Of a DNA stretch of 64,000 nt, positions 18,163 to 27,384 are shown in pieces. This DNA comes from Halobacteriaceae archaeon (GTDB lineage Archaea; Halobacteriota; Halobacteria; Halobacteriales; Halobacteriaceae): contig JBDGTT010000023.1 in NCBI GenBank assembly GCA_042216525.1, forward strand, positions 22,812 through 86,811, in the 5' to 3' direction. The notes under the pieces are model-generated. The model was not told the origin of the DNA. It did no database searches and saw only the letters and a program-made list of their open reading frames with translations. The position numbers were made by a program, and so were the translations under genes. Position 1 is the first letter of the stretch. Each line of letters starts with the position of its first letter.

Positions 18163-19506
18163 TCAGGCCGCGCCCTCCTGGACCCGCCGGAGGCTGTAGA
18201 GGAAGGAGTCGGTGTCGAGGGCGACGTCGTCGTAGGTGACGACCTCGTCCTCGGCGACGTCGCGTTCGAGTTCCGCGCCGTCGAGCAACTCGAACGGGAC
18301 GTAGCCCTCGGCGTCGGCCGTCCCGGCGGACACGAGGTGCCCGTAGACGGTGTAGCCGCCCCCGCCGTCGAGTTCCGTGCCGGCGTCGAGGTCGTCCTTC
18401 GCGGCGCCGACGACCTCCGCGCGTCGTTCCCGCGGCGCCCCCGTCGACCGACCGTGCACCGCGGCCTGGGCGACGCTGACGGTCGTCTCCAGACCGGGGA
18501 GGTGGTGGGGGCGGTAGAACAGGGCGTACTCGCCGTCTGCGGCCACCTTGTGCCCCGGGCCGGCGTACTCCCGGAGGTAGTCCTGCACGTGGCCGTCCGG
18601 ACTGCGCACGACGACGAACACCCCCAACCCGAGGTCGCGGTCCTCGTGGACGGGCGTGCCGTCCTCGTGGAGCGTCGAGATGGAGTCGACGACGCCCGTC
18701 GAGTCGAGCAAGCCGTCCGGGGAGAGCAGCGACGGAATCTCCGGAATCTCCGCCGTCGGGAGGTGCATCCCGGAGACGTCGACGTCGAGACCGGTGGCGT
18801 TCGCCACCGCGCACATCTCGACGGCGATCTTGGTCCCGTCGAGGAATGAGTTGTACATCCGTGGGTTGAGGTCGCGGTCAGCGACGACCGCCGGCGAGAG
18901 GCCCACGCGGTCGAACACGTCGTCGGGCGTGCCGTGGTGGTAGGACTCGCGGAAGGCCACGCCCTTGCCGGCCGCGACGACCTCGAAGCCGGCGAGTCGG
19001 GCCCAGTCGACGAGCTCCACGATCAGGGAGGGCTGGTCGCCGTAGGCCAGCGAGTACGTGACGCCGTTGGCCTCCGCGAGGGTCGCCAGCGTCGGCCCGA
19101 CGACCGTGTCGGCCTCGACGTTGACCATCACGACGTGGGTGCCGGCGGTGACGGCCGCGTAGGCGTGGCGCGCCCCCACCTCGGGGACGCCCGTCGCCTC
19201 CACGAGGACGTCCACGTCGGCGCGCGCCAGTTCGAGGCCGTCACCGAGGACCGCCCGACCGCCGGCGTCGAACCGGTCGTCCGCCGCGGCGCGGCCGTCG
19301 ACGTGTGCGACGCCCTCGGGGTCGACCCCCGCCCGGGCGAACGCCTCGTCGGCCTTCGACCGGTCGATGTCCGCGATGGCGGCGACCCGGAGTCCGGGGA
19401 CGCGCTCGGTCTGCGTGACGAGATTTGAGCCGAACAGACCGGCGCCGACGACGCCGACCCGGACCGGGTCGTCGCGCGCGGTCAGTTCGGCGGGCAAATC
19501 GAACAT
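18163..19506 (-). CDS. NAD(P)-binding oxidoreductase, homoserine-dehydrogenase-like with C-terminal SAF-type domain (COG4091-like)
   Basis: 447-aa ORF. N-terminal VRVGVVGAGLFGS Rossmann motif. The overall layout resembles the predicted homoserine dehydrogenase/SAF family. Confidence 0.65.
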   Translation of the reverse strand: MFDLPAELTARDDPVRVGVVGAGLFGSNLVTQTERVPGLRVAAIADIDRSKADEAFARAGVDPEGVAHVDGRAAADDRFDAGGRAVLGDGLELARADVDVLVEATGVPEVGARHAYAAVTAGTHVVMVNVEADTVVGPTLATLAEANGVTYSLAYGDQPSLIVELVDWARLAGFEVVAAGKGVAFRESYHHGTPDDVFDRVGLSPAVVADRDLNPRMYNSFLDGTKIAVEMCAVANATGLDVDVSGMHLPTAEIPEIPSLLSPDGLLDSTGVVDSISTLHEDGTPVHEDRDLGLGVFVVVRSPDGHVQDYLREYAGPGHKVAADGEYALFYRPHHLPGLETTVSVAQAAVHGRSTGAPRERRAEVVGAAKDDLDAGTELDGGGGYTVYGHLVSAGTADAEGYVPFELLDGAELERDVAEDEVVTYDDVALDTDSFLYSLRRVQEGAA

Positions 19507-19603
19507 GGCCGCACAGACCGACCCCCACCCGATAAGCCTGTCCCCGGGCCCGGGCCGACCGAAGTGCGAACGGTTTTATCCGGGCCGGGCAGAGGAGCGA
19601 GCG

Positions 19604-20566
19604 ATGAGCGGGGTCGTGAGCCTGGGGAGCGTCAACGTCGACCGCGTCGCCTACCTCGACGCCGAGAGAGTGACCGCCCTCGGGGACCGGCACGACTGGT
19701 TCCCCGGCCCGGGAGAGACCGTGACGGTGCCGGCCGACGACGTCCCGCCCGACGTCGCCGGGCGCACCTACGAGAACTTCCTCGGCGGGAAGGGTGCGAA
19801 CCAGGCCGTCGCTGCCGCCGCCGCGGGGGCGGAGGCGACGCTGGTGGGACGCGTCGGCTACGACCAGCGACAGTTCGGCGTCCTCGACAGCCTCGCCGCC
19901 CGCGGAGTCGACGTCGGGCCGGTCGAGACGGTCGACGCGCCGACGGGCACGGCCTACATCTTCGTCGACGGCGGGGGCGAGTCCTGGATCGCCATCGTCG
20001 AGGGGGCGAACGGGCGGGTCGACCCCACCGCGGTGCGCGCCCACGCCGACGTCGTCCGCGACGCCGACTGCTTGCTCCTGCAGAACGAGGTCCCGACCGC
20101 GGCGATGGTCGCGGCCCTCGAGGACCTCGCCGACCGTCCCGACCGCCCGACGGTCGTGTTCGACCCGTCGCCGGTCGACGGCGCGGCAGCGGTCGCCGAC
20201 CACGACGCCGTGGACGTCCTCGTGCCGAACGAGGCGGAGACAACGGCGCTGGAAGGGACTCTCGACCGGTTCGGGGGGACGGTCGTCCGCACGCGCGGGG
20301 CCGACCCGGTCGCCGTCGACCCGGCGGACGGTGCGGGGTTCGCGGTCACGCCGCCGTCGGTCGACCCGGTCGACACGACCGGCGCCGGGGACACGTTCAG
20401 CGGCTACCTCGCCGCCCGACTGGCCGGTGGCGCGTCCCTCCGGCGGGCAGTCGAGGACGCGACGGTAGCAGCGGCCCTCCAGACAACCGCGGAAGGCGCC
20501 CAGCGAGCGGTGCCGGACCGGGCCGACGTCGCCGCCGCGTCCCGGAGCGTAGACGCCACGTTTTAG
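19604..20566 (+). CDS. PfkB-family sugar kinase (ribokinase-like)
   Basis: Internal Met80 of track ORF 19367..20566 (MSGVVSLGSVNVD...). Motifs GGKGANQAVAAA and DTTGAGDTF. TATA-like GGTTTTATCC lies about 27 nt upstream. Confidence 0.85.
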   Translation: MSGVVSLGSVNVDRVAYLDAERVTALGDRHDWFPGPGETVTVPADDVPPDVAGRTYENFLGGKGANQAVAAAAAGAEATLVGRVGYDQRQFGVLDSLAARGVDVGPVETVDAPTGTAYIFVDGGGESWIAIVEGANGRVDPTAVRAHADVVRDADCLLLQNEVPTAAMVAALEDLADRPDRPTVVFDPSPVDGAAAVADHDAVDVLVPNEAETTALEGTLDRFGGTVVRTRGADPVAVDPADGAGFAVTPPSVDPVDTTGAGDTFSGYLAARLAGGASLRRAVEDATVAAALQTTAEGAQRAVPDRADVAAASRSVDATF

Positions 20567-20589
20567 CGCGACCGCCGCATACCGGGGCC

Positions 20590-20997
20590 ATGGACGACGC
20601 GGACCTGCCCCCGGGGTGGACCGTCTGGAACGCCGAACCCGAGGGCCGGGTCATCTTCGCCTACCGGCCCGACGTCTTCGACGGCGACGACTATCCCGCG
20701 CCCTGTCTCCCCACGCTGACCGTCTCGCGGTCGAACCCGGACCGTCGACGGCCCGGGTCCGGCCGGGACGGCCGGTGGCACGTCGCCCTCTTTCTCGAAC
20801 CCGACGTGCGGGTCCGCGAGGCAGACGGGGCCCACGAGACGCGCGCGGCGGCGATGGACGCCGCCGTCGACGCGGCCGCGGCGTTCGCCCGGGGGGCGTT
20901 CGACGTCCGCGCCGCCTACCAGGTCCCCCGGGCGGACTATCTCGACGAACTGACGGCCCTCGTCGGGGCGAGTGACGCGGACGCGGCCGGGCGCTGA
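20590..20997 (+). CDS. Conserved-looking hypothetical protein (135 aa)
   Basis: C-terminal part of track ORF 19564..20997, starting MDDADLPPGWTVWNAEPEGRVIFAYRPDVF. Protein-like acidic composition, unlike the Arg/Pro-rich upstream part. No family recognised. Confidence 0.55.
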   Translation: MDDADLPPGWTVWNAEPEGRVIFAYRPDVFDGDDYPAPCLPTLTVSRSNPDRRRPGSGRDGRWHVALFLEPDVRVREADGAHETRAAAMDAAVDAAAAFARGAFDVRAAYQVPRADYLDELTALVGASDADAAGR

Positions 20998-21048
20998 CGC
21001 GCCGGGCCCGCACCGACCGAAGAGGTTTCCGACGCGGCGCCCCAACGG

Positions 21049-21507
21049 GTGGCCATGTCGGAGATAACGCTCCTCGGGACGGCGGTGGCCGAGACGGGGA
21101 CGGAGTTCGTCTACCGGGGAGGGGCGCCGGCCTGCGCGGACTGTCCCTACCGCGGGCAGTGTCTCACCCTCGAGGAGGGGGTCCGCTACCGCGTGACGGA
21201 CGTCCGCGAGGGCGGACAGCGCCTCGACTGTGCGGTCCACGAGGAGGGCAGCGTCGTCGCCGTCGAGGTAGAGCGGGCGCCCGTCGCGGCGAACGTCCCC
21301 TCGAAAGCGGCCTACGCGGGCAGCAAGACGCGCCTCGCGGGGCCGTGTCCGCACACCGAGTGCCCCAGTCACGGCTACTGCGAACCCGCGGGCGCCGACT
21401 TCGACCGGGAGTACCGCGTGAACGAGGTTCGGGGCGACCCGCCCCACGAGACCTGTGCGCTCGGCCGGGACCTCACTCTGGTCGAGTTCGCTCCGCCGGA
21501 GGGCTGA
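21049..21507 (+). CDS. UPF0179-family archaeal protein
   Basis: 152-aa ORF. Cys-rich pattern CADCPYRGQC...CPHTECPSHGYC typical of UPF0179. Confidence 0.75.
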   Translation: MAMSEITLLGTAVAETGTEFVYRGGAPACADCPYRGQCLTLEEGVRYRVTDVREGGQRLDCAVHEEGSVVAVEVERAPVAANVPSKAAYAGSKTRLAGPCPHTECPSHGYCEPAGADFDREYRVNEVRGDPPHETCALGRDLTLVEFAPPEG

Positions 21508-22282
21508 GCGTGTCGACCTTGGCCGCGGCGTAGCCGAACAGCGTCTCGTAGCCGTACGCGGACAGCAACACCGGGTAGAAGGGGTCCTCGGCGACGAACG
21601 TCCGGTCGTCCGCCGTCGCGAACACGGCGTCCCGCGGCACGCGCTCGAAGTTCCGGACGTGGACGTCGTAGCGCTCGGCCGGGGGCTTCTCGATGGCGCG
21701 CTCCAGGCGGAACGCCGGCACCGCCGTCGCGTCGGGCGCTCCCGGGAGCACGCCGACCGTCCGGAGGAAGGCCTCCACCACCGCGTGTGCGTTGGCCGTC
21801 GCCTCCGGGGTGCCCTGGAGCCCGCACTCCACCTCGATGGAGGGGGCCGCGCGGGCGAACACGCGGCCCTCGACGAACTCCTCGGTCGTCACGAGGGCGT
21901 CCAGTCCGAGGCCGGGCGCCACGTCGCGCGCGAAGTCGTCGACGCCGTCGACGATGCCGAACGGGTCGCCGTGGGACTGGGTCGAGTGGAGGGCGAGCGT
22001 GGTCAGCCCCGACAGTTCCGCCGTGAGGTCGTGCGCGAGGCGGCGCTCGTACGCGTCGGCGTCGGGGTCGCCCGGGAACGACCGATTGAGGTCGACGTCC
22101 GTGTACCGGACCTGCCGGTCGACCGCCCGCTCGTTCGCCACGACGAGTTTCACCGGTCGGTCGACGGCCGGTCGGGCGGCCGCGAGCGCGTCGACGGCCC
22201 GGACGCCACACGGTTCGTCGCCGTGGATGCCACCGACCACCGCGTACTCGGGGTCCCCCTCACCCAGCACCGTGACTCGCAT
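21473..22282 (-). CDS. AstE/AspA-family zinc deacylase, short form
   Basis: Track ORF 21473..22321 has a GTG start. ATG at 22282 gives MRVTVLGEGDPEYAVVGGIHGDEPCG, with DLNRSFPG. The 3' end overlaps the convergent UPF0179 gene by 35 nt. Confidence 0.8.
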   Translation of the reverse strand: MRVTVLGEGDPEYAVVGGIHGDEPCGVRAVDALAAARPAVDRPVKLVVANERAVDRQVRYTDVDLNRSFPGDPDADAYERRLAHDLTAELSGLTTLALHSTQSHGDPFGIVDGVDDFARDVAPGLGLDALVTTEEFVEGRVFARAAPSIEVECGLQGTPEATANAHAVVEAFLRTVGVLPGAPDATAVPAFRLERAIEKPPAERYDVHVRNFERVPRDAVFATADDRTFVAEDPFYPVLLSAYGYETLFGYAAAKVDTLSPPAERTRPE

Positions 22283-22331
22283 CGACGTGAGTTCTGTCGT
22301 CCGGCATGAAAGGGGTTTCACATCCGGACGG

Positions 22332-22943
22332 TCAGCGCGCGGTTCGAACCCACGCCCGGAAGCCGTCGATGGCGTTCGCGAGCGCCCGCTCGCCAGCGAT
22401 CACCACGAGCAGCCCGCCCACCCCGTCGAAGACGTAGTCCCAGAGGGTGTCGTTCGGGCCGTACACCGTGAGCAACGGCGTGAGTTCCTCGATGAGCTCC
22501 CAGGCGACGCCAGCGAGCATCACGAACGCGAACGCGAACAGCCGCGCCCGCCAGGTCGGTCCGAGCGACTCGCGGCCCGCACTCCACAGGCCGCGGACCG
22601 CGACGTAGCCGATGGCCGCGACCAGCGTCGCCGACATGGCGTGCGTGAGGTGGTCGAACCACCAGATGCTGGCGTACAGGCCGAACAGCCCGCCCATCGG
22701 GTGGAGGAACAGGGCGACGCTGACGTAGGCCACCTGCCACGGTCGCAACCTGATGCCGACGCGTCGGCAGAGCCAGGGGTGCCCGACGATGAGCAGGACG
22801 TAGTGAGGGTAGACGTAGCCGCTCGTGGAGACGGCGTGGGCGGCGACCAGCGTCCCGGCGAGGACGACCTGGATCGCCCTGGTGGCGGCGAACCCGACGC
22901 CGGTCCGGGTCTCCATCGTCCGGTGAAGGGGCGTCCCTGTCAT
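22332..22943 (-). CDS. Integral membrane protein, unknown function
   Basis: Internal Met39 of track ORF 22332..23057 (MTGTPLHRTMETRTGVGF...). About 5-6 hydrophobic helices and the motif WWFDHLTHAMSA. The upstream part of the ORF overlaps the kinase gene and is Arg/Pro-rich. Confidence 0.65.
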   Translation of the reverse strand: MTGTPLHRTMETRTGVGFAATRAIQVVLAGTLVAAHAVSTSGYVYPHYVLLIVGHPWLCRRVGIRLRPWQVAYVSVALFLHPMGGLFGLYASIWWFDHLTHAMSATLVAAIGYVAVRGLWSAGRESLGPTWRARLFAFAFVMLAGVAWELIEELTPLLTVYGPNDTLWDYVFDGVGGLLVVIAGERALANAIDGFRAWVRTAR

Positions 22944-22956
22944 AAACGTTCGGCGG

Positions 22957-24726
22957 TCAGTCGGGGGCGTCGTCGACCTGCCTCCGCGGGCCAGTCGGTG
23001 GCCCGGATCGACCGTCGGCGCTCTCGCCGTCGGCCTCGGGTCGGTCCGCGACCGCACGGGCCAGCGTGACGGTCACCACGCTCCCCTCGGGGTCGTTCTC
23101 GGCGAAGGTCAGCGATCCGCCCGAGAGCGAGACGATCCAGTGGACGAGCCACAGGCCCAGCCCGGACCCGTGATACAGCGGCCTGATGTCTCGCTCGCCC
23201 GTGAGCACCGCACGCTCCTGTTCGGGGATGCCGGGACCGGTGTCCGCGACGGCGAGCGAGACTGTCTCGGACGCGACGTCGACGGTCGCCGTCACGCGGG
23301 GCGAAGCCGACTCGTCGTGGACCACGGCGTTCTCGAGCAGTTCCGCGACCGCGGTCTCGACGTCGGCGATGGCCCGAACGAACGCGTGCGCCGGGCCCTC
23401 GACCGTGACGGTCGCCTCCGGGTGGTCTGACCGGACCGCCTCGGCACGGTCCCGGACCACCGTTCCGAGGTCGACCGTCTCGGTCTTGGGGTCCTCAGAG
23501 ACGAGTTCGACGATCTCGCGCTCCTTGTCGACCGTCTCCAGCAGAGACTGCCCCCGCTCCCGGATCGTCCGGGCGGCCGACGCGACGGTTCCCGTGGTCT
23601 CGTCCTCGATGGTCTCCGCGTAGCCCAGCACGACCGACATCCCGTTGTGGAGGTTGTGCCGCAGGACGCGGTCGAGGACGCGCAACTGTCGCTCGCGCTC
23701 GCGGCGGGCGGTGATGTCCGTCTGGACGGCGACGAACGCCTCGACGGCCCCGCTCTCGTCGAGGATGGGCGCGATGGTCTGGTCGGCGTAGTAGCGCTCC
23801 CCGGACCGGCGCTCGTTGACGATTTCCTCCTCCCAGACCTCGCCGGCGCGGATGGTCTCCCAGAGGTCGCGGTAGTAGGCCTCGCCGTGGTGGTCCGACG
23901 AGAGCAGGTCCGGCGTCCGCCCGAGCGCCTCCGACTCGGCGTAGCCCGTGATGGCTTCGAAGGCGTCGTTGACGTACCGGATGGTCCCGTCACGGTCGGT
24001 GATGTAGATGGCGTTGCCCGCCGCCTCGACGGCCTGTCGGAACCGGCGGTTCTCCTGCTCCCGCCGCCGCCGCTCGGTGACGTCGCGGGCCACGAGGAGG
24101 ACGCGGTCCTCGTCGTCCGGCCCCTGCCCGGTGACGAGAGCGGTGCGCGCCTCGTACCACGCCGGTCCCGCGTCGAGGGGGAGCGAGTACTCGATGCGGC
24201 GGGTCTCGCTGGTCTCCACGGTGTCCTCGATGGCGCCGGCGACGACGTCCGCGGCCGACGGGTCCGGCAGCACCTCGTGGACCGTCGATCCGATGAACTC
24301 CCCCGGCGGGCGGATCGTGATGTCGCTCTCGCCCGAGAGGATGGACGCGTAGCGGGCCTCCTCGTCGAAGAGGAAGATGTAGTCCGGCGAGGCCGCGAGG
24401 ATGCCCTCGAGCCGGTTCCGGCTCCGCCTGAGACGCCGGTTCATCGACCGGAGTTCGGTCCGGATAGCCTCTTCGGTGCGCACGTGCTCGAGCAGGTAGA
24501 ACCCGAGGGCGATTGCGAGGACGCTGACGACCAGACCCGGCAGTTCGGTCGTCCACACCGTCACGCCGGTCAGCGTCAGCAGCTGTCGGAGGGCCATCAG
24601 ACCCAGCATGAGGGTGAAGAACGCGAACCGGCGATCGCGGTTCCGCGCGAAGAGGATGGCCCCGAGGGCCACGCCGGCGAGTCGCAACAGGATGGACGCG
24701 ACCAGGACGAGGGGGTGACTAGCCAT
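22957..24726 (-). CDS. Membrane-anchored PAS/PAS sensor histidine kinase
   Basis: 589-aa ORF. Two N-terminal TM helices, two PAS-like segments, H-box [12 protein letters not shown] and ATPase G-box GSGLGLWLV. Confidence 0.9.
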   Translation of the reverse strand: MASHPLVLVASILLRLAGVALGAILFARNRDRRFAFFTLMLGLMALRQLLTLTGVTVWTTELPGLVVSVLAIALGFYLLEHVRTEEAIRTELRSMNRRLRRSRNRLEGILAASPDYIFLFDEEARYASILSGESDITIRPPGEFIGSTVHEVLPDPSAADVVAGAIEDTVETSETRRIEYSLPLDAGPAWYEARTALVTGQGPDDEDRVLLVARDVTERRRREQENRRFRQAVEAAGNAIYITDRDGTIRYVNDAFEAITGYAESEALGRTPDLLSSDHHGEAYYRDLWETIRAGEVWEEEIVNERRSGERYYADQTIAPILDESGAVEAFVAVQTDITARRERERQLRVLDRVLRHNLHNGMSVVLGYAETIEDETTGTVASAARTIRERGQSLLETVDKEREIVELVSEDPKTETVDLGTVVRDRAEAVRSDHPEATVTVEGPAHAFVRAIADVETAVAELLENAVVHDESASPRVTATVDVASETVSLAVADTGPGIPEQERAVLTGERDIRPLYHGSGLGLWLVHWIVSLSGGSLTFAENDPEGSVVTVTLARAVADRPEADGESADGRSGPPTGPRRQVDDAPD

Positions 24727-24964
24727 CGGCGGGACCGCCCACCCCGTGGCCGCCGAGCGTCCCCCGCACCGCTGTCGCGAGGGGCGCGTCCGTCCGGTTC
24801 ATGTCGGATTTTTCGGTGCACCCCGTTTGAACGTTGCGTGTTCCGTCCGAGCGCCGTCTCTCGCCCCCGTCGCGCCGGCCGGCGCGTCGTCTCCGACCGA
24901 CCGGACCGGCACCCGGGGTCGGCGACCGCAGTCGTTACCTCCGTGGCGCCCCTCGGTCCCGGCG

Positions 24965-25450
24965 ATGGACGACCACACGCGCGCGCCGTCGGTCGGCCCG
25001 CCGGATCAGGGCTCCCCGACCGGATGGCTCCCGGCGTCCGGCCGGTGGGAGCACGACACGCTCCGCCGCGCGACGGTCCACGGCGTCCGCCTGTTCAACG
25101 CCGGCGCGTTCCACGAGTCCCACGACTGCTTCGAGTCCGAGTGGTACAACTACGGCGGCGGGAAGACGGAGAGCGCCTTCTGCCACGGGATGGTGCAGGT
25201 CGCGGCGGGCGCGTACAAGCACGTCGACTTCGAGAACGACGCCGGCGCCCGGAGCCTCTTCGAGACGGCACTGACCTACCTCGACGGCGTCTCCGCGGAC
25301 TTCTACGGCGTCGACGTCGCCGACGTGCGCGCGACGCTCCGCGCCGCCGTCGACGACCCCGGTGCGGTCGACGGGTGGGGAATCGTCCTCGACGGCGAGC
25401 GCCCGGTGGGCGGCCCGGCCGACCGCGCCTACGCCGAGCGACTCGAGTAG
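24965..25450 (+). CDS. DUF309-domain protein
   Basis: C-terminal 161 aa of track ORF 24746..25450 (MDDHTRAPS...). Signature [18 protein letters not shown]...[12 protein letters not shown]. Confidence 0.75.
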   Translation: MDDHTRAPSVGPPDQGSPTGWLPASGRWEHDTLRRATVHGVRLFNAGAFHESHDCFESEWYNYGGGKTESAFCHGMVQVAAGAYKHVDFENDAGARSLFETALTYLDGVSADFYGVDVADVRATLRAAVDDPGAVDGWGIVLDGERPVGGPADRAYAERLE

Positions 25451-25462
25451 GGTCGTGGCATC

Positions 25463-25468
25463 TTTATA
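25463..25468 (+). promoter_or_regulatory. TATA box of tRNA-Leu (TTTATA in CTTTATACC)
   Basis: Lies 28-33 nt upstream of the tRNA 5' end. Confidence 0.6.
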
Positions 25469-25495
25469 CCAGCGCGACCCGAGACACCACCGGGC

Positions 25496-25579
25496 GCGAG
25501 GGTAGCCAAGCCTGGAAACGGCGGCGGACTCAAGATCCGCTCCCGTAGGGGTCCATGGGTTCAAATCCCATCCCTCGCA
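25496..25579 (+). tRNA. tRNA-Leu (anticodon CAA), class II with long variable arm
   Basis: Acceptor GCGAGGG/CCCTCGC, anticodon stem-loop GCGGA-CTCAAGA-TCCGC, variable arm TCCCGTAGGGGTC, T-loop GGTTCAAATCC, discriminator A, no CCA. 84 nt. Confidence 0.9.
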
Positions 25580-25679
25580 TCCGTGCGCGACGCCGGCCGC
25601 GTCGCGCGTGATGCGGGTGGGATTCGAATCAGGCCGGACGGCGCGGCGTCCGGACGTGGTTCAAATCCCATCCCTCGCA
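25558..25679 (+). repeat. 22-nt direct repeat of the tRNA-Leu 3' end, two copies exactly 100 nt apart
   Basis: GGTTCAAATCCCATCCCTCGCA at 25558-25579 and 25658-25679. The terminal 9-mer TCCCTCGCA occurs again at 25722-25730. The spacer has hairpins at 25585-25607 and 25634-25653 and the motif GGGTGGGATTCGAATCA (25615-25631). Confidence 0.9.
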
Positions 25680-25797
25680 CCTGACCCCCGGGGGAGCGGG
25701 GTCGGGCGACCGACCCGCTCTTCCCTCGCACAACTTCTCGCGACGCGACGACCACCCGACGGAAACGTATTACTCGGTCGCGGCCGCGACGGGTGGT

Positions 25798-26928
25798 ATG
25801 ACGGCAATCGAGTCGGTCGAGGCTATCGGCGTCGAGGCGCCCCTCGACGAACCGTTCGGCTACTCGCAGGCGTGGGTCGAGACGCGCACGGCGACGCTCG
25901 TCCGCGTCGAGGCCGACGACGGGACGGTCGGATGGGGCGAGTGCTGGGGACCCGTCGCCGGCACCGTCGAGACGGTGGAGGAGGTGCTCGCGCCGGTCGT
26001 GGAGGGCGAGGACCCCCGCGCGGTCGAGCGCCGCCACGACGAGTTGCGGCAGGTGGCCCGCGCGACCTACCAGACGGTCGAGCCCCTGCCGGCAATCTCC
26101 GGCGTCGACCTCGCGCTCTGGGACCTCGCCGGCAAACTCCGCGGAGAGCAGGTGTCGGCGCTGCTCGGCGGCGCCCGTCGCGACGCGGTGCGGGCCTACG
26201 CCACCGGGCACTACTTCCGTCCGACGGAGGACCTCGACAAGCAGTTCGAGGCCATCGCGGCGGAGGCGAGCGAGAACGCCGAGGCCCTGGGTGCCGTGAA
26301 ACTCAAGACCGGCCTCGCCCAGGTCGGCGCGGACGCCGCGGCGGACGTCGAACTCGTCCGACGCGTCCGCGAGACGGTCGGCCGGGAGACGACGGTGATG
26401 GTCGACGCCAACTACGCCTACGACCGCCCGACGGCCCGGGAAGTCGGCCGGGTGCTGGCGGACCTCGGCGTCCACTGGTTCGAGGAGCCAGTCCACCCCG
26501 AGGACCTCGCGGGGTACGCGGACCTCCGGGAGACGCTCGACGTCCGCGTCGCGGGCGGGGAGTGTCACACGCCCGCGCAGTTCGACCGCCTGTTCGAGGT
26601 GGACGGGCTGGACGTGGCCCAACCCGACGTCTGCATCGTGGGCGGGCTCACCCCCGCGGCGCGCATCGCGGACCGGGCCGCCGCGGCGAACGTCCCCCTC
26701 GTCCCGCACGTGTGGGGGACGCCGGTGGCTCTCGCCGCGAGCCTGCACCTCATCGCCACGCTCCACGGCGACCCGTGGCTGGAGTTCGACCGCTCGCCGA
26801 ACCCGCTCCGCGAGGACCTGGCCGCGCGGGCGTTCGCGGCAGACGCCGACGGCCGGGTCGCCGTCCCCGAGGGCCCCGGCCTGGGCGTCGACCTCGACGT
26901 GGACGCCATCGAGCGGTTCCGCGTCTGA
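25798..26928 (+). CDS. Enolase-superfamily enzyme (mandelate racemase/muconate lactonizing family, probably a sugar-acid dehydratase)
   Basis: 376-aa ORF. N-terminal capping domain with GWGEC, metal-ligand context VDANYAY...WFEEP...GGE. Substrate cannot be called by eye. Confidence 0.8.
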   Translation: MTAIESVEAIGVEAPLDEPFGYSQAWVETRTATLVRVEADDGTVGWGECWGPVAGTVETVEEVLAPVVEGEDPRAVERRHDELRQVARATYQTVEPLPAISGVDLALWDLAGKLRGEQVSALLGGARRDAVRAYATGHYFRPTEDLDKQFEAIAAEASENAEALGAVKLKTGLAQVGADAAADVELVRRVRETVGRETTVMVDANYAYDRPTAREVGRVLADLGVHWFEEPVHPEDLAGYADLRETLDVRVAGGECHTPAQFDRLFEVDGLDVAQPDVCIVGGLTPAARIADRAAAANVPLVPHVWGTPVALAASLHLIATLHGDPWLEFDRSPNPLREDLAARAFAADADGRVAVPEGPGLGVDLDVDAIERFRV

Positions 26929-26929
26929 C

Positions 26930-26940
26930 AGGGATTCAAG
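26930..26940 (+). promoter_or_regulatory. Promoter-like 11-mer AGGGATTCAAG
   Basis: Ends exactly 25 nt before the ATG at 26966. An identical 11-mer sits at the identical distance upstream of pyrB (47031-47041). Confidence 0.5.
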
Positions 26941-26965
26941 TAGGCAGGGCGAGAACTTCGCGTCG

Positions 26966-27340
26966 ATGACCAAGGAGACCGTCCGCTACCCCGACGAGGT
27001 CGTCGAGACCGTCGAGCGACTGGTCGCGGACGGCGTCTTCGAGAGCAAGTCGGAGTTCTACCGGTTCTCAGCGGAGTACGTCCTCGACTCCATCGTCGAG
27101 GACTACAACCCCGAGACCATCGACTTCGAGGAGATCGTCGCGGACCTCGACGAGTACGGCGGTCTCGGCGGCGACGGCGGCCTCGGCGGCGACTCGGCGT
27201 TCGTCGAGGACGTCCTCACGGTGCGCCGCCGCGGCCTCCGGGGCGACTTCGAGGCGGCAGAAGCCTACATCGACGCCACCTACCCCGCCGACTCGATGGA
27301 GGCCGTTCTCCTCGAGGAGATCCTCTTTCACTACCGCTGA
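26966..27340 (+). CDS. Ribbon-helix-helix (CopG/MetJ-type) domain protein with acidic/Gly-rich C-terminal region
   Basis: 124-aa ORF. N-terminal VRYPDEVVETVERLVADGVFESKSEFYRFSAEYVL fits beta-alpha-alpha RHH. It has a GGLGGDGGLGGD linker. Confidence 0.7.
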   Translation: MTKETVRYPDEVVETVERLVADGVFESKSEFYRFSAEYVLDSIVEDYNPETIDFEEIVADLDEYGGLGGDGGLGGDSAFVEDVLTVRRRGLRGDFEAAEAYIDATYPADSMEAVLLEEILFHYR

Positions 27341-27384
27341 GACGCCACAACCTTCTTGCCGGTCGCCGGACCATCCGTGTCCGT

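Noticed and set aside
15929-18199. 756-aa plus-strand ORF spanning the tRNA-Glu trailer repeats and the whole transducer gene in antisense.
   Set aside because: It has shadow-ORF composition (Arg/Gly/Asp/Val repeats). The opposite strand encodes an unmistakable MCP signalling domain.
15978-25495. I asked whether the 9.5 kb between the two scarred tRNA genes is a genomic island.
   Set aside because: The flanking repeats belong to different tRNAs. The genes inside (transducer, oxidoreductase, sugar kinase, UPF0179, deacylase, histidine kinase, DUF309) look like ordinary chromosomal genes. No integrase is present and no compositional shift is visible by eye.
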